Assembly: GCA_965198175.1 (NCBI GenBank)
Contig: OZ240245.1
Span: 3,712,001 to 3,776,000, forward strand
DNA: 64,000 nt
Reading direction: 5' to 3'
Origin: Candidatus Poribacteria bacterium
GTDB taxonomy: Bacteria; Poribacteria; WGA-4E; PCPOR2b
Shown: piece after piece, positions 30,048 through 40,526 of the stretch
How the letters are laid out: each line of letters starts with the position of its first letter
Position numbering within the stretch: position 1 is the first letter of the stretch
Made by a program: the position numbers and the translations under genes
The notes under the pieces: generated by a model
Seen by the model: only the letters and a program-made list of their open reading frames with translations
Told to the model about the DNA's origin: nothing
Databases searched by the model: none

Positions 30048-30914
30048 TTAACCTTCCAAAGCCGCCGCTCCGCTCACAATCTCAGAAATCTCCGTCGTAA
30101 TCTGCGTCTGACGAGCGCGGTTCCGCTGAAGCACTAAATCATCAATCAGCTCGTTCGCGTTGCGTGTTGCATTTTCCATCGCCGCCATCCGCGCCGCTTG
30201 CTCTGCGGCGTTCGAATCCAACAGAACCTTCCACATCTGCATGTTCAGGTGTTTTGCCAATATGGACTGAAAAATCGCCTCTTGTCCCGGCTCATACAAA
30301 TAATCGAGGAAAAGTTCATCGCCGGTTGGCATTTCAGGGGTAAGTGGCAGCAATTGCTCGACCAAAACTGTTTGTAGAATCGCGGATTTAAAATTGTTGT
30401 AGATCACTTCCACCCTGTCGACCTGCTTATCCCGATACAGATGCTCAAACTCCTGTACGATTTCGACAACGGTCTCAAATGCGAGTTGGCGAAAAATGTT
30501 CACATACTCAGCGATGACGTTATAATCGCGCCGTGCGAAATGGTCGCGGGTACGTCTGCCAACACAGATGACCATTACCTCCGCCCCCTGCGCTTGATAG
30601 TGTTGCGTCCGCTGTGCCGTCGTTCGGATCACGTTGCTGTTGAAACTGCCACATAACCCGCGGTCTGCAGAGACGGAGATTAGGCAAACGCGCTTAAGTT
30701 CACGCGATTCTAGCAGCGGATGGGATGGATTTTCGATCTGCGCGATAAGGTGCCCCAAGATTGTATTGAATTTTTCGGCGAAAGGGCGGGTAGCTAGGAT
30801 ATTTTCCTGTGCCCGGCGTAACCTTGCCGCGGCAACCACTCGCATCGCATCTGTCACCTGCGCGATATTCTCAATACTTGCAATACGCCGTCTGATTTCA
30901 CGTAATGTTGCCAT
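30048..30914 (-). CDS. atpG: ATP synthase F1 gamma subunit
   Basis: LREIRRRIASI, ADRGLCGSFN, ARMAAMENAT.NA, RQ..IT.EISEIVSGA.AL. Confidence 0.98.
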   Translation of the reverse strand: MATLREIRRRIASIENIAQVTDAMRVVAAARLRRAQENILATRPFAEKFNTILGHLIAQIENPSHPLLESRELKRVCLISVSADRGLCGSFNSNVIRTTAQRTQHYQAQGAEVMVICVGRRTRDHFARRDYNVIAEYVNIFRQLAFETVVEIVQEFEHLYRDKQVDRVEVIYNNFKSAILQTVLVEQLLPLTPEMPTGDELFLDYLYEPGQEAIFQSILAKHLNMQMWKVLLDSNAAEQAARMAAMENATRNANELIDDLVLQRNRARQTQITTEISEIVSGAAALEG

Positions 30915-30935
30915 GGTAAACCTCTGAGTCCAGTC

Positions 30936-31142
30936 CTACAATTCCCTTTCCTCAATACAAGAGATTTTCATGTAGTATCTCTGCAAACCTCTCTTGAGTG
31001 TCTTATTCCCGTGAACGGGAACCGAGATTCGAGCAGGGTTTCCGCCTTTGGTGAAAATATGATAGCTGCCCTTAATTCGCTTCAATTGCCAACCTCGCTT
31101 TTCCAATAAGCACCAAAACTTTTCGCCTGTTGCAGATTTCAA
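30936..31142 (-). CDS. hicA: HicA-family toxin, probably inactive (GSH to GSY)
   Basis: LEKRGWQLKRIKGSYHIFTK...ISVPVHGNKTLK.GL. Confidence 0.8.
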   Translation of the reverse strand: MKSATGEKFWCLLEKRGWQLKRIKGSYHIFTKGGNPARISVPVHGNKTLKRGLQRYYMKISCIEEREL

Positions 31143-31343
31143 TCCGCTATCTCCACCACTTTATCTCTCCCAGTGATTTTTAGGGTTTCGACATCTACAG
31201 ATAAACAATCTTCAACCGCTTCATAGATGTTTTCGATCAATGCGTCAAACGTCTCTCCTTGAGTGGCACATCCTTGCTATTGACGGCACTTCTGCCCAAT
31301 ATCCACCTTCGTCTGCTTCTCGAATGATTAACTTTAGTTTCAA
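31139..31343 (-). pseudogene. hicB: HicB-family antitoxin, +1 frameshift
   Basis: TTG start overlapping the atpA stop: [43 protein letters not shown]. Length 205 nt = 3n+1, with the shift near 31275. Confidence 0.8.
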
Positions 31344-32884
31344 TTCGTTACCTTCAATCCTTGTTCACGTTTGAATCGTCCCTTGAAACCTTTTACGGCT
31401 GTGTGCAGACGTTCAATAAGTTCATCACTGAGATTCCCGGCATCAACAATCTCCTTGAGGTCATCTGCGTGGTTTCTTTCCATATGTGCTAGAAATTCTG
31501 ATTCAAACTGCGCCACGTGACTCGTCTCAAGGTCATCTAGATAGCCGTTCGATCCGCAGAAAATTGATGCAATCTGTTTTTCAACGGACATTGGCTCATA
31601 TTGGGGTTGTTTCAGTAATTCAACGAGTTGTTCTCCCCGCCGAAGTTGAGCTTGCGTAGAAGCGTCCAGATCAGATCCAAACTGCGCGAAGGCTGCGACT
31701 TCTCGAAAACTAGCTAAGTCAAGTTTCAACGTCCCCGCAACTTCGTCCGACTTCATGGCTTTAGTTTGTGCATCACCTCCAACACGAGACACCGAGGTGC
31801 CTACATCAATTGCCGGGCGTACGCCTTGGTTGAAGAGCTCCGATGTCAAGTAGATTTGCCCGTCGGTGATCGAAATCACGTTGGTTGGGATGTAGGTGGT
31901 GAGGTCGCCTTCAAAAATCTCAATAATCGGTAAAGCAGTCAGAGACCCGCTGCCTAGGTCATCACTGAGTTTGGCGGCACGCTCCAACAACCGGGAGTGT
32001 AGGTAAAAGACATCGCCCGGGTACGCTTCACGCCCCGGCGGGCGGCGTGAGAGCAGCGACATCTGACGATACGCCCACGCATGTTTGGTAAGATCGTCGT
32101 AAATAACCAGTGCGTGTTGTCCTTTATCGCGGAAGTATTCTCCCATCGAAGTCCCTGTGTAGGGTGCAAGGTATTGGAGCGGAGATGGCTCACTAGCCGG
32201 TGCGGAGACGACGACCGTGTAATCCATCGCGCCATGCTGTTCTAAGGTATTCACGACCTGTGCAACCGTCGAACCCTTCTGCCCAACCGCCACATAGATG
32301 CAGAACACATCGGTACTTTTCTGGTTAATGATGGTATCGATTGGGATAGCCGTTTTGCCCGTCTGACGGTCGCCGATAATTAGCTCACGCTGCCCTCTTC
32401 CAATCGGCGTCATACTGTCAATCGCCTTCAAGCCGGTATAAAGTGGTTCGTTCACTGGCTGACGTTGCACAATACCCAGCCCTTTCCGTTCAACGGGGAG
32501 GGTCTGTTCGGTCTTGATTTCTCCTTTGCCATCAATAGGTTGTCCAAGAGCATTTACAACACGCCCAAGCAACGCCTCACCGACAGGCACTTCGAGCAAT
32601 CTGTTAGTCCGCTTGGCGAGATCGCCCTCATGGATTAACTTATCTTCACCGAAGAGGACGCAGCCGACGTTATCTTCTTCGAGGTTGAACGCCATGCCGA
32701 ATACGTCATTCGGAAATTCAATCATTTCGCTCGCCATTACGTTTGCAAGTCCATGCACACGGGCAATCCCGTCGCCAACGTCCAAGACCGTCCCAGATTC
32801 GTACACATCGACCTGCTGACTGTATTGTAGTAGTTGCTGTTTTAGAATGTTTGAAACCTCATCGGGTCTTACTTCTCTTGCCAT
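31340..32884 (-). CDS. atpA: ATP synthase F1 alpha subunit
   Basis: [34 protein letters not shown]. Confidence 0.98.
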   Translation of the reverse strand: MAREVRPDEVSNILKQQLLQYSQQVDVYESGTVLDVGDGIARVHGLANVMASEMIEFPNDVFGMAFNLEEDNVGCVLFGEDKLIHEGDLAKRTNRLLEVPVGEALLGRVVNALGQPIDGKGEIKTEQTLPVERKGLGIVQRQPVNEPLYTGLKAIDSMTPIGRGQRELIIGDRQTGKTAIPIDTIINQKSTDVFCIYVAVGQKGSTVAQVVNTLEQHGAMDYTVVVSAPASEPSPLQYLAPYTGTSMGEYFRDKGQHALVIYDDLTKHAWAYRQMSLLSRRPPGREAYPGDVFYLHSRLLERAAKLSDDLGSGSLTALPIIEIFEGDLTTYIPTNVISITDGQIYLTSELFNQGVRPAIDVGTSVSRVGGDAQTKAMKSDEVAGTLKLDLASFREVAAFAQFGSDLDASTQAQLRRGEQLVELLKQPQYEPMSVEKQIASIFCGSNGYLDDLETSHVAQFESEFLAHMERNHADDLKEIVDAGNLSDELIERLHTAVKGFKGRFKREQGLKVTN

Positions 32885-33034
32885 AATCGGATCTCCTCAA
32901 TAAAAAATAAGCACAAGAGGTAGCTCCTACTTCTTGCTTTCCTGACTACTGACTCGCAGATATTATAGGATATCTTCAATAAGTACAACTTATCATTTTA
33001 ATGGATCAAGTAAGATATCTTTGATTTTTTCCCC

Positions 33035-34045
33035 CTATTGCTTCTGTTCAATCTCCTGTTCTTTTATTTTTCCCCATTGAACGATTCGCTTCGCTTTCGG
33101 AGAGACTGAGACAACGGTTGAAAGCACAGGAGACCATGAAGGAAGGCTACCCTCTCTTGGACCATCAGTTAGATTAACAATATTGGTTCCATCGGCGTTC
33201 ATCGTATAGATGTCGAAGCCTGCTGAAAAAGCAATCTGTTTGCCGTCTGGCGACCAGGAAGGGCGCTTATACGGTCTCACATGGAGCGTGAGGCTGACGA
33301 CATTGGTGCCGTCGGGATTCATCACATAAATGCCCGTGCGATCGTGCTCATCATCTCTACCTGACACAAAGGCAATCTGCTTTCCATCAGGAGACCAAGC
33401 AGGATATAGGTCAGATGCAAGATGTTTGGTCAACCGGACAACATTGGCACCGTCAGCATTCATCACATAGATTTCGTAGTTGCCATCCCGCAGTGACACA
33501 AAAGCGATCTGCGTTCCGTTCGGGGACCAAGTAGGAAATGTGTCCTCTCGCGGCTGATTGGTGAGATTGACCTGGTTTGTCCCATCTGGATTCATTACAT
33601 AAATCTCCGCATCTCCCGATCTGTAGGCAATTTGCTTTCCATCCGGAGACCACGCCGGGGAGAAGTCTACAAATACACGATGAGTCAATCGTACAGGATT
33701 GGTGCCGTCGGCGTTCATCACATAGATTTCATGCCCTCCCCCAATTCGGTTTGACGCAAAGGCAATCTGTTTCCCGTCAGGAGCCCAAGATGGATACGAA
33801 TCATGTCCTGGGTGATGTGTCAGCCGGATTTCATCAGTTCCATTGGCGTTCATCACATAGATGTCTCCACCACCTGTGAGGGTTGAAACAAAAGCAATCT
33901 TTGTGTCAGCGATTGTTGTCTCGGCTTGCGATTCCCTCAGAAGAACATCTCTGGAAGAAACCAGAACGAGACTTGCCGTCAGTGCGAAAAGAAGCATCCC
34001 CCGCCAGGGTGTAAGTACGATACGTTCCAACAGTGTAGGTCGCAT
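33035..34045 (-). CDS. Secreted TolB-like (PD40-repeat) protein
   Basis: EIYVMNADGTN...PAWSPDGKQIAF repeats; tail VSPKAKRIVQWGKIK. Confidence 0.9.
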   Translation of the reverse strand: MRPTLLERIVLTPWRGMLLFALTASLVLVSSRDVLLRESQAETTIADTKIAFVSTLTGGGDIYVMNANGTDEIRLTHHPGHDSYPSWAPDGKQIAFASNRIGGGHEIYVMNADGTNPVRLTHRVFVDFSPAWSPDGKQIAYRSGDAEIYVMNPDGTNQVNLTNQPREDTFPTWSPNGTQIAFVSLRDGNYEIYVMNADGANVVRLTKHLASDLYPAWSPDGKQIAFVSGRDDEHDRTGIYVMNPDGTNVVSLTLHVRPYKRPSWSPDGKQIAFSAGFDIYTMNADGTNIVNLTDGPREGSLPSWSPVLSTVVSVSPKAKRIVQWGKIKEQEIEQKQ

Positions 34046-35086
34046 CTATTGTCCCTTTCTGACAAGCACTTTTATCTGTCCCCATAAGGTCGTCTGCTTA
34101 TTTTGCGGGGAGACCGCAGCAAATGCTGGAAATATCGGGTACCAAGAAGGGCTTGAGTCAGGCACACGATTGTTCGTCAACCTAACAGGATTAGTCCCAT
34201 CGGCGTTCATCACGTAGATTTCAGAGTGGTTATCCTGCCGCGATTCAAAGGCAATCTTCGCCCCATTGGGAGACCAACTGGGATGCCCATCATCACCCGG
34301 ATGATTGGTGAGATTGACCGGATTGGTGCCGTCAGCGTTCATCACATAGATTTCAAAGTCATTGTCGTTTCGGTCTGACATAAATGCAATTTTTGTCCCG
34401 TCGGGCGACCATGAAGGGAACCAATCGGTGAACGGAGAAAACGTCAGCCGGGTCAAATTGGCACCGTCGTCAGCATTCATCGCATAGATTTCTTCATTCC
34501 GCGGAAGATTTGCATCGAAGCGAGTTCTCATCGACATAAAAGCAATCTTTGTTCCATCCGGTGACCAACTCGGCATACTGTCGGCCTGCAGATGAAAAGT
34601 GAGATTGACCGGATTAGTCCCATCGGCATTCATCACATAGATTTCATCGTTGTTATCTCGGCGCGATTCAAATGCGATTTTTGTCCCGTCGGGCGACCAA
34701 GTAGGAAACGAGTCCTGGCGCGGATGATTGGTGAGATTGACCGGATTAGTCCCATCAGCATTCATCACATAAATTTCAAAGTTGCCGTCTCGGTTTGACA
34801 TAAAGATAATCTTTGTTCCGTCAGGCGACCAGCTTGGCCATCTATCTAACGATGGATGGTTGGTCAGACGGACGGAATTTTCGCCATTGGCATTTATCAC
34901 GTAGATTTCCCGATTGGCAAAATCTATTACTGATTCAAAAACAATCTGTGTGTTGGCGAGTTGTGCTTTCGATTCTCTCAGGGTAACATCACCGGCATAG
35001 ACCAGCATAAGGCCCATCACTAGTGCAAACCCCAATTCTCGTGACTGAGATGTCGGAGATATATGTTGCCTATATGTTGGTTTCAT
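34046..35086 (-). CDS. Secreted TolB-like (PD40-repeat) protein
   Basis: EIYVMNADGTNPVNLT...PSWSPDGTKIAF repeats; tail VSPQNKQTTLWGQIK. Confidence 0.9.
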   Translation of the reverse strand: MKPTYRQHISPTSQSRELGFALVMGLMLVYAGDVTLRESKAQLANTQIVFESVIDFANREIYVINANGENSVRLTNHPSLDRWPSWSPDGTKIIFMSNRDGNFEIYVMNADGTNPVNLTNHPRQDSFPTWSPDGTKIAFESRRDNNDEIYVMNADGTNPVNLTFHLQADSMPSWSPDGTKIAFMSMRTRFDANLPRNEEIYAMNADDGANLTRLTFSPFTDWFPSWSPDGTKIAFMSDRNDNDFEIYVMNADGTNPVNLTNHPGDDGHPSWSPNGAKIAFESRQDNHSEIYVMNADGTNPVRLTNNRVPDSSPSWYPIFPAFAAVSPQNKQTTLWGQIKVLVRKGQ

Positions 35087-35213
35087 GGTAGAGTTCCTTT
35101 CTTACCCTCGGCTTTCAGCAATCCGCTTCTGAATAGAGGCATTGGAATTAAAAATTAGAGCGTGCGAACAACACCTCAACCCCCAATTTCCAGTGTCTCA
35201 TAAAAGATAGTAC

Positions 35214-37448
35214 CTATTCCACTACCACCATTCTGCGTGTCGCTGCATAATCCCCCGCAGTTAAGTAGTAGAAATAAATGCCGCTGGCGATTCGTTCTCC
35301 GAGGTCATTGTTACCATCCCAGTAAGCCGATTTCTCTTTCGAGAAATAGCGTCCAGCCGGTTTTATTCCGATGTTAAGGTGCCGAACCAATTTGCCGCTG
35401 ACATCAAAAATTTGTATTGACACAGGAGCTTCTCTGGCAATTGAATAAGGAATCCAGGTATCTGGATTGAATGGGTTAGGGAAGTTCTGGCCCAAATCAT
35501 CCACAACTGTTTCGTTCTCACCGCTAGTCATATGCGCGGCGGGGGCAAGAGGACCGTGTCCTTCGCGAGTATAGGTGTTCGGAAAAGCAACCGTGACATA
35601 CGCCGTAGAACTAGAGGTCTTATTCCGCACCTCTACAAGGACTTTTCTATTATTACTTCCATCATACACTACTTGCTCCACATTATCTACCTGAGATTCT
35701 GACGATGTCAGTTGAGTTCCTTTGACATCATTGGTGAAATCATAGAGGAAGAGATCTAGATTATTTAAACCATTATCAGTTGCCCCTGGATTAGTCGACG
35801 GATTGTTTGCATCTCCACTTTCGATGTAGCCATAATCCACTTCGCGCTCCCAGACTGCCGTAATCTTTTCGCCATCGTCTAATGTGCAGGACCAAAAGTA
35901 CGCGTCCAAGCTGCCGCCGGCCGGGTTCACTCCGACACTATCAGTTCGCCACTGAGTCAGAGCGGTTTCAAGGTTTATATATCCCCAACCGTGTTTCCTA
36001 TCCCAGTCTGCCCCCCAACCATTATTCCAATCATCGGCCGTGTTGATAAGTACCGCTTTGAGTTCCTTAGGCCAACCTCCTATGTAATCGTAGAGTACCG
36101 CAATAGCCCCCGTGACGTGGGGAGCTGCAAAAGAAGTCCCCGTGAACGTGATTAGGTTGGTCCCCGTGCCGTAATCCGGAGTGTTGAAATTGTCATAATC
36201 GCGTCGTGCTGTCACTATACTCTTTCCGGGGGCGATGACATCCGGCTTTTTCCGACCATTGGCCGGCCCCTGGCTACTCGTTTGCCAAGCGACATCATCT
36301 GTTCTGGTTTCGGTATTTCTATTGTCCATATTAGCGACAGTTAGACCATTGTACATTTCCCCTGGAACTGCAATCCCTAGACTACCCCGATTGCCAGCAG
36401 ATTTGACAACCATGACCTGAAGATCGTGCACAATCGCGTCGAAGAACTGGGCACTATCAGAATATCCGCTAACACTATTCCAAGAAAGTGATAGATTAAT
36501 GATGTCGGCTGTTTCATGATTATTTGGATATGGAGAACGTGATGCATCGAGTGCCCAATCAACGGCATCCCACACCTCTATTTCAGAAACAGGGACCCCG
36601 TCATCCATAACTTTACAAATAATGATTTTATCGATTCCATGGCCAACGCCTTTATAAGTGCTGTTCGTACTGGCAATAATCCCCGCCACGGCAGTTCCAT
36701 GCCCATAGTCGTCATCAGCGTAATTCTCTGCCGTCTTTGAGTAAAACGCCGAACCGTCCTTATGGGATCTAAGACCTGGGTGATTGATAGTCACTCCTGA
36801 ATCTACTACCGCTACATCCCATACGCCGTCGCCATCATAACCAATATTCCAAAGGTGATCGGCACCAATTGCTTTCGCCGTATCATCAATTTCCAGATGC
36901 CCTCCATGATCTTTACTTATCCGCGCAACGTCTGGATTATTTGCTAACTGGTTAAGCACGGTTGACGGAATTTCAACACCTAACACATTAACAAATCCCA
37001 CTTGAGCATATACGTCGCCCATAAGCACGTCTGTGATAAAAGCAACCACCCGGGTCTGTTGTGGCTCAATTTGAGGTTTAATCCCCGCGTAAATTGCCCG
37101 GCGCATATCATCAAGTGCGGCATCATGTTCCCTATGTATGTTCTTGAGACGGTCTCTGATGACCTCAGGAATCACATCTGTTCCAATTACAAATGGCTGA
37201 ATAAGTTCCTGAACCTGATTCGAGAATCGGCTAAATTGGGGCTGAAATGCTTCCTTTTGATCGAGCGCCTTTTGATGTCCTGGTTGCTGAGAGAGGAAGA
37301 CTTTGAGTTTCAAAGAATCTTGATTGCCTGCGGCATCAATTACTTCTGATGTAATGGTCGCCCCCTGCGCAGTCCTAAACGATACTGCGGTAGTAAAAAC
37401 TGTGACCAAAATCATTAAAGGAAGAATACGATGGAATCTGATGTTCAT
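35214..37448 (-). CDS. Secreted S8 (subtilisin-like) serine peptidase with FlgD-Ig/T9SS-CTD-like domain
   Basis: Catalytic triad motifs VAVVDSG, GHGTAVAG, GTSFAAPHV; C-terminal QNFPNPFNPDTWIPY...YWDG.N..GE..ASGIYFY. Confidence 0.92.
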   Translation of the reverse strand: MNIRFHRILPLMILVTVFTTAVSFRTAQGATITSEVIDAAGNQDSLKLKVFLSQQPGHQKALDQKEAFQPQFSRFSNQVQELIQPFVIGTDVIPEVIRDRLKNIHREHDAALDDMRRAIYAGIKPQIEPQQTRVVAFITDVLMGDVYAQVGFVNVLGVEIPSTVLNQLANNPDVARISKDHGGHLEIDDTAKAIGADHLWNIGYDGDGVWDVAVVDSGVTINHPGLRSHKDGSAFYSKTAENYADDDYGHGTAVAGIIASTNSTYKGVGHGIDKIIICKVMDDGVPVSEIEVWDAVDWALDASRSPYPNNHETADIINLSLSWNSVSGYSDSAQFFDAIVHDLQVMVVKSAGNRGSLGIAVPGEMYNGLTVANMDNRNTETRTDDVAWQTSSQGPANGRKKPDVIAPGKSIVTARRDYDNFNTPDYGTGTNLITFTGTSFAAPHVTGAIAVLYDYIGGWPKELKAVLINTADDWNNGWGADWDRKHGWGYINLETALTQWRTDSVGVNPAGGSLDAYFWSCTLDDGEKITAVWEREVDYGYIESGDANNPSTNPGATDNGLNNLDLFLYDFTNDVKGTQLTSSESQVDNVEQVVYDGSNNRKVLVEVRNKTSSSTAYVTVAFPNTYTREGHGPLAPAAHMTSGENETVVDDLGQNFPNPFNPDTWIPYSIAREAPVSIQIFDVSGKLVRHLNIGIKPAGRYFSKEKSAYWDGNNDLGERIASGIYFYYLTAGDYAATRRMVVVE

Positions 37449-37579
37449 GATTATCCTCCCTCTGGAAATTGTATTTACGACTCTAACACGATCCTTGATA
37501 TGTGTCGACGATAGTAGCTAAGGAGATACCCTCACTATAAGACCGTTGCGAGGAAGTTTACTACCCTATTCACTTTAGT

Positions 37580-38122
37580 CTATCCCCTCGCAAGTAATGT
37601 TCTCAATCGCTGAAGCTGTGATACAACACTTCCATCAAAAACAGTGTCCCCTAATCGAATAATGGTTCCCCCTTGGATAGCGACATCTACGCCCAACTCA
37701 AGCCGCACCTCCGCCGCCCCCGAATAATCGCGCAGTCGTTGCGTGAGGTCCGTGCATTGCGCATCGTTAAGGGAAACCGCCGATGTGACCTGCGCAACGA
37801 CGCGCCCTGCCTTCCGATCAACAATCTCCAAAAACGTCTTCAAAATTGCGACCAAGAACCGATCACGTTGTTTCGACGCTAGCAAAAGCAGGAAACTGAG
37901 CGTAAGGGGTTCAACAGTTTCCGATAGGAGTTGTTGAAACATCTCACCCTTAAATTGCGGCGACAGCATAGGGTTGGTCAAGAACCTTTCAAAATCTTCT
38001 GATTCACCCGTTAGCTCAATCAGTCGATCGGCATCTGCAACGATGCGATCCAATGCATCCTGCTCTATCGCTGCATCATACAATGCTTGTGCATAGGGCT
38101 TGGCAATGCGAATCTCTCTCAT
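37580..38122 (-). CDS. atpH: ATP synthase F1 delta subunit
   Basis: IAKPYAQAL, FL.NP, VTSAV.L, I.GG.IIR.GD.VFDGSV..QL. Confidence 0.95.
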   Translation of the reverse strand: MREIRIAKPYAQALYDAAIEQDALDRIVADADRLIELTGESEDFERFLTNPMLSPQFKGEMFQQLLSETVEPLTLSFLLLLASKQRDRFLVAILKTFLEIVDRKAGRVVAQVTSAVSLNDAQCTDLTQRLRDYSGAAEVRLELGVDVAIQGGTIIRLGDTVFDGSVVSQLQRLRTLLARG

Positions 38123-38156
38123 TGGGTAGTGTCTTCAAATGGCATACTTGAAATTA

Positions 38157-38747
38157 TTAGGTATTCTGCGTAGGAAGACGGCTGATTGACTCGTCAATAA
38201 TGTGCTGGTGTTTCTCAGCATCAAGCGTCTGGTCGATAATTTTACTAGCGGCATCAATGGCAATTTCTGCGACAGTGCCTCGGAGTTCGAGGATGGCTTC
38301 CTCTTTTTCGCGCTGAATCTCAGCGCGCGCTCTTTCAAGTTCCGCCCCTGCTTCCTGACGCGCACTATCTAAAATGCGCTGCCTCTCGGCATTCCCTTCA
38401 TCGATTGCGGCTTGGATTTTCGCTTGGCCCACCGCTTCAATGTCGCTGAGCCGCTGACGAGTTTCTGAATTTAACCGGTCCAGCTCAAGTTGATCCGCCT
38501 CTAACTTTTCCATTCGCGCTGTGATTTCCTGTTGCCGTGCTTCCAAAAGTCCACCAACGCGACCGAAGACAAATTTCCAAAGCACGAGCAGGACAACGAG
38601 AAAGCCAAGGGCTTGGAGGACAATTGTCTGGAGATCTATTCCAATCGCGCCTAATAGTCCGCCACCGCCTTCAGCGGCAAATGCGTAAGGCATCGCCGTC
38701 AAAATACTTGCAGACGTTACTAAGACCAAATTCCAATATTTATTCAT
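38157..38747 (-). CDS. atpF: ATP synthase F0 subunit b
   Basis: Start MNKYW at 38747; signal-like leader, TM segment, LEARQ..I and coiled coil. Confidence 0.93.
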   Translation of the reverse strand: MNKYWNLVLVTSASILTAMPYAFAAEGGGGLLGAIGIDLQTIVLQALGFLVVLLVLWKFVFGRVGGLLEARQQEITARMEKLEADQLELDRLNSETRQRLSDIEAVGQAKIQAAIDEGNAERQRILDSARQEAGAELERARAEIQREKEEAILELRGTVAEIAIDAASKIIDQTLDAEKHQHIIDESISRLPTQNT

Positions 38748-38832
38748 TATAATTCGTCGTCTCGTAAATGCTGAAACATAACGCGCGACCGCTATGATCG
38801 CGCAGTACGTTTCATGCTCTGTATTGATGCTT

Positions 38833-39162
38833 CTAGTGGCTGTGATCTTGGTCGTGATGCTCCTCAGTCGTCCCAACCTGCATAATCTTTTCAAGCGGGC
38901 TGACCTTTTCGCCCTCAGCTGGCGTTACATCCGGCAGTTTTCCCATCAGCAGGAAAAAGATGAGTAGCGAGTAGATAACGAGAGATTCGATGAGTGCCAG
39001 ACCGATAATCATCGCTGTCTGAATTTGAGGCGCCGCTTCAGGTTGACGCGCGATACCTTCGAGTGCGGTGCTCGTCGCCTTACCTTGTGCAGTTGACGCA
39101 GCAATCACGGCAATGGGTAGACCAAGTGCCACCCCAAAAGCTAAAACCGCGAGATAAATCAT
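38833..39162 (-). CDS. atpE: ATP synthase F0 subunit c with C-terminal His-rich extension
   Basis: ARQPEA loop, GLALIESLVIY; tail ...TTEEHHDQDHSH. Confidence 0.95.
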   Translation of the reverse strand: MIYLAVLAFGVALGLPIAVIAASTAQGKATSTALEGIARQPEAAPQIQTAMIIGLALIESLVIYSLLIFFLLMGKLPDVTPAEGEKVSPLEKIMQVGTTEEHHDQDHSH

Positions 39163-39240
39163 GAAATTTCCTCCTTAAATTTTATGCCAATGCAGAAAGT
39201 TTTAAACCGAATACAACAACAGACGAGCGACGGTGATCGC

Positions 39241-40095
39241 TCATCGTTCTAAATGATGTGCCTCCGCACCATGCCCCTCATCATGATGTTCAAGAAACGT
39301 AACGATGTAAATCGAAGTCAACATTGAGAAGACAAGCGCTTGCAGAAAGCCACCAAATAACCCAAAAAACAGCATCGGCACCTGGATCGGCACCCAAGGG
39401 ATGACCCCGGCGATTGCGGGAATTGCAAGCCCCAACAGTGTTAGGTTAATAATGACGGATTCCTCACCAAAAATATTTCCGAAAAGTCGGATTGCAAGGG
39501 AACCTGCACGTGCGACTTCGCCAATAACATGCAGCGGAAACATCAAAGGTCCCAACCACCACGGATCGCCGATAAAGTGCCGCAGATAGCCAACCAACCC
39601 ATTCTCTTTAATCGCAATGATATGAACACCAACTAGCGCACTAATTCCGAGCGCGAGCGTTGTGTTCAGATCGGCAGTCGGAGATTGGAAACCGGGTATG
39701 AGGCCAAGATAGTTCAAGAACAGGATAAAGATGAAAAAAGATCCGACGAACGGAACGTATTTTTTCCCGTGTTCTCCCAAAATTCCGCCGAAGAAATTGA
39801 TTAACCCGCCAACGAACAACTCCAGCAGAGTCTGTCCCTTGGATTCGGGAAGCCGCTTAATTTTTCGGGTCGCAAGAATGAACAGAAGTGAGACAATCAA
39901 TACCACGAAGTAGGCGTTGGGGATGAGATCGGGCTGATGCCAGCGTTCTGGTTCTGGAATTAGTTCGTTTGGGAGAACCTTTGAGATTGGGCTTAACCAA
40001 GAGCGATGTGCTTCTTCAGCCGCAAAACCCACATGAACTGCGTTGGTAGCAGAAAAAAAGACAAAAAGTAGCAGCGTGTAAACCGCTTTTTTCAT
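39241..40095 (-). CDS. atpB: ATP synthase F0 subunit a
   Basis: N.LGLIPG..SPTADLN.T, SLAIRLFGNIFGEE, LQALVF..LT..YI. Confidence 0.97.
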   Translation of the reverse strand: MKKAVYTLLLFVFFSATNAVHVGFAAEEAHRSWLSPISKVLPNELIPEPERWHQPDLIPNAYFVVLIVSLLFILATRKIKRLPESKGQTLLELFVGGLINFFGGILGEHGKKYVPFVGSFFIFILFLNYLGLIPGFQSPTADLNTTLALGISALVGVHIIAIKENGLVGYLRHFIGDPWWLGPLMFPLHVIGEVARAGSLAIRLFGNIFGEESVIINLTLLGLAIPAIAGVIPWVPIQVPMLFFGLFGGFLQALVFSMLTSIYIVTFLEHHDEGHGAEAHHLER

Positions 40096-40114
40096 TGTTT
40101 ATGAATCGCTAATT

Positions 40115-40525
40115 TTATGTTGTGTCGCCTTTGAATAGAATTCCCACCATGAGTCCGACCGCTTTAAGAATTATGACAACTTGCACTAATCCGACCCCCG
40201 CAGCGAGGGTGTAGACATTCAGCCAGTTTGCTTTCATCAGAAAATAAAATCCGACAAAGATGAGCGTGTATTTTCCGAGTGCAATGAATCCAAACCAACG
40301 CTTTGTCTTGGGTGTACCGCCGGGCTTAACCACGCGGCGTATGACAAACTCTAGCGACAAAATTGCGCTTAAACTGAAAAGGCTGCCAATTGCAAAACTT
40401 AAACCGCTAGGAAACCCATACACCGCCCAAAGCATCGGCGTAACAAGCAGTGCAAGAATGGCCGATAAACGATAGATCTGTCGTAGGAATCGATCGTCCG
40501 CTTCAAAGGGAGTTTGGGCAATCAC
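40115..40525 (-). CDS. atpI: ATP synthase protein I
   Basis: Four-TM small protein immediately upstream of atpB. Confidence 0.75.
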   Translation of the reverse strand: MIAQTPFEADDRFLRQIYRLSAILALLVTPMLWAVYGFPSGLSFAIGSLFSLSAILSLEFVIRRVVKPGGTPKTKRWFGFIALGKYTLIFVGFYFLMKANWLNVYTLAAGVGLVQVVIILKAVGLMVGILFKGDTT

Positions 40526-40526
40526 G

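Noticed and set aside
38748..38894. N-terminal extensions in the ORF track (atpF; also 17404-17511, 21931-22026, 952-1035, 3215-3274)
   Set aside because: They overlap upstream genes or hairpins; better starts exist downstream.
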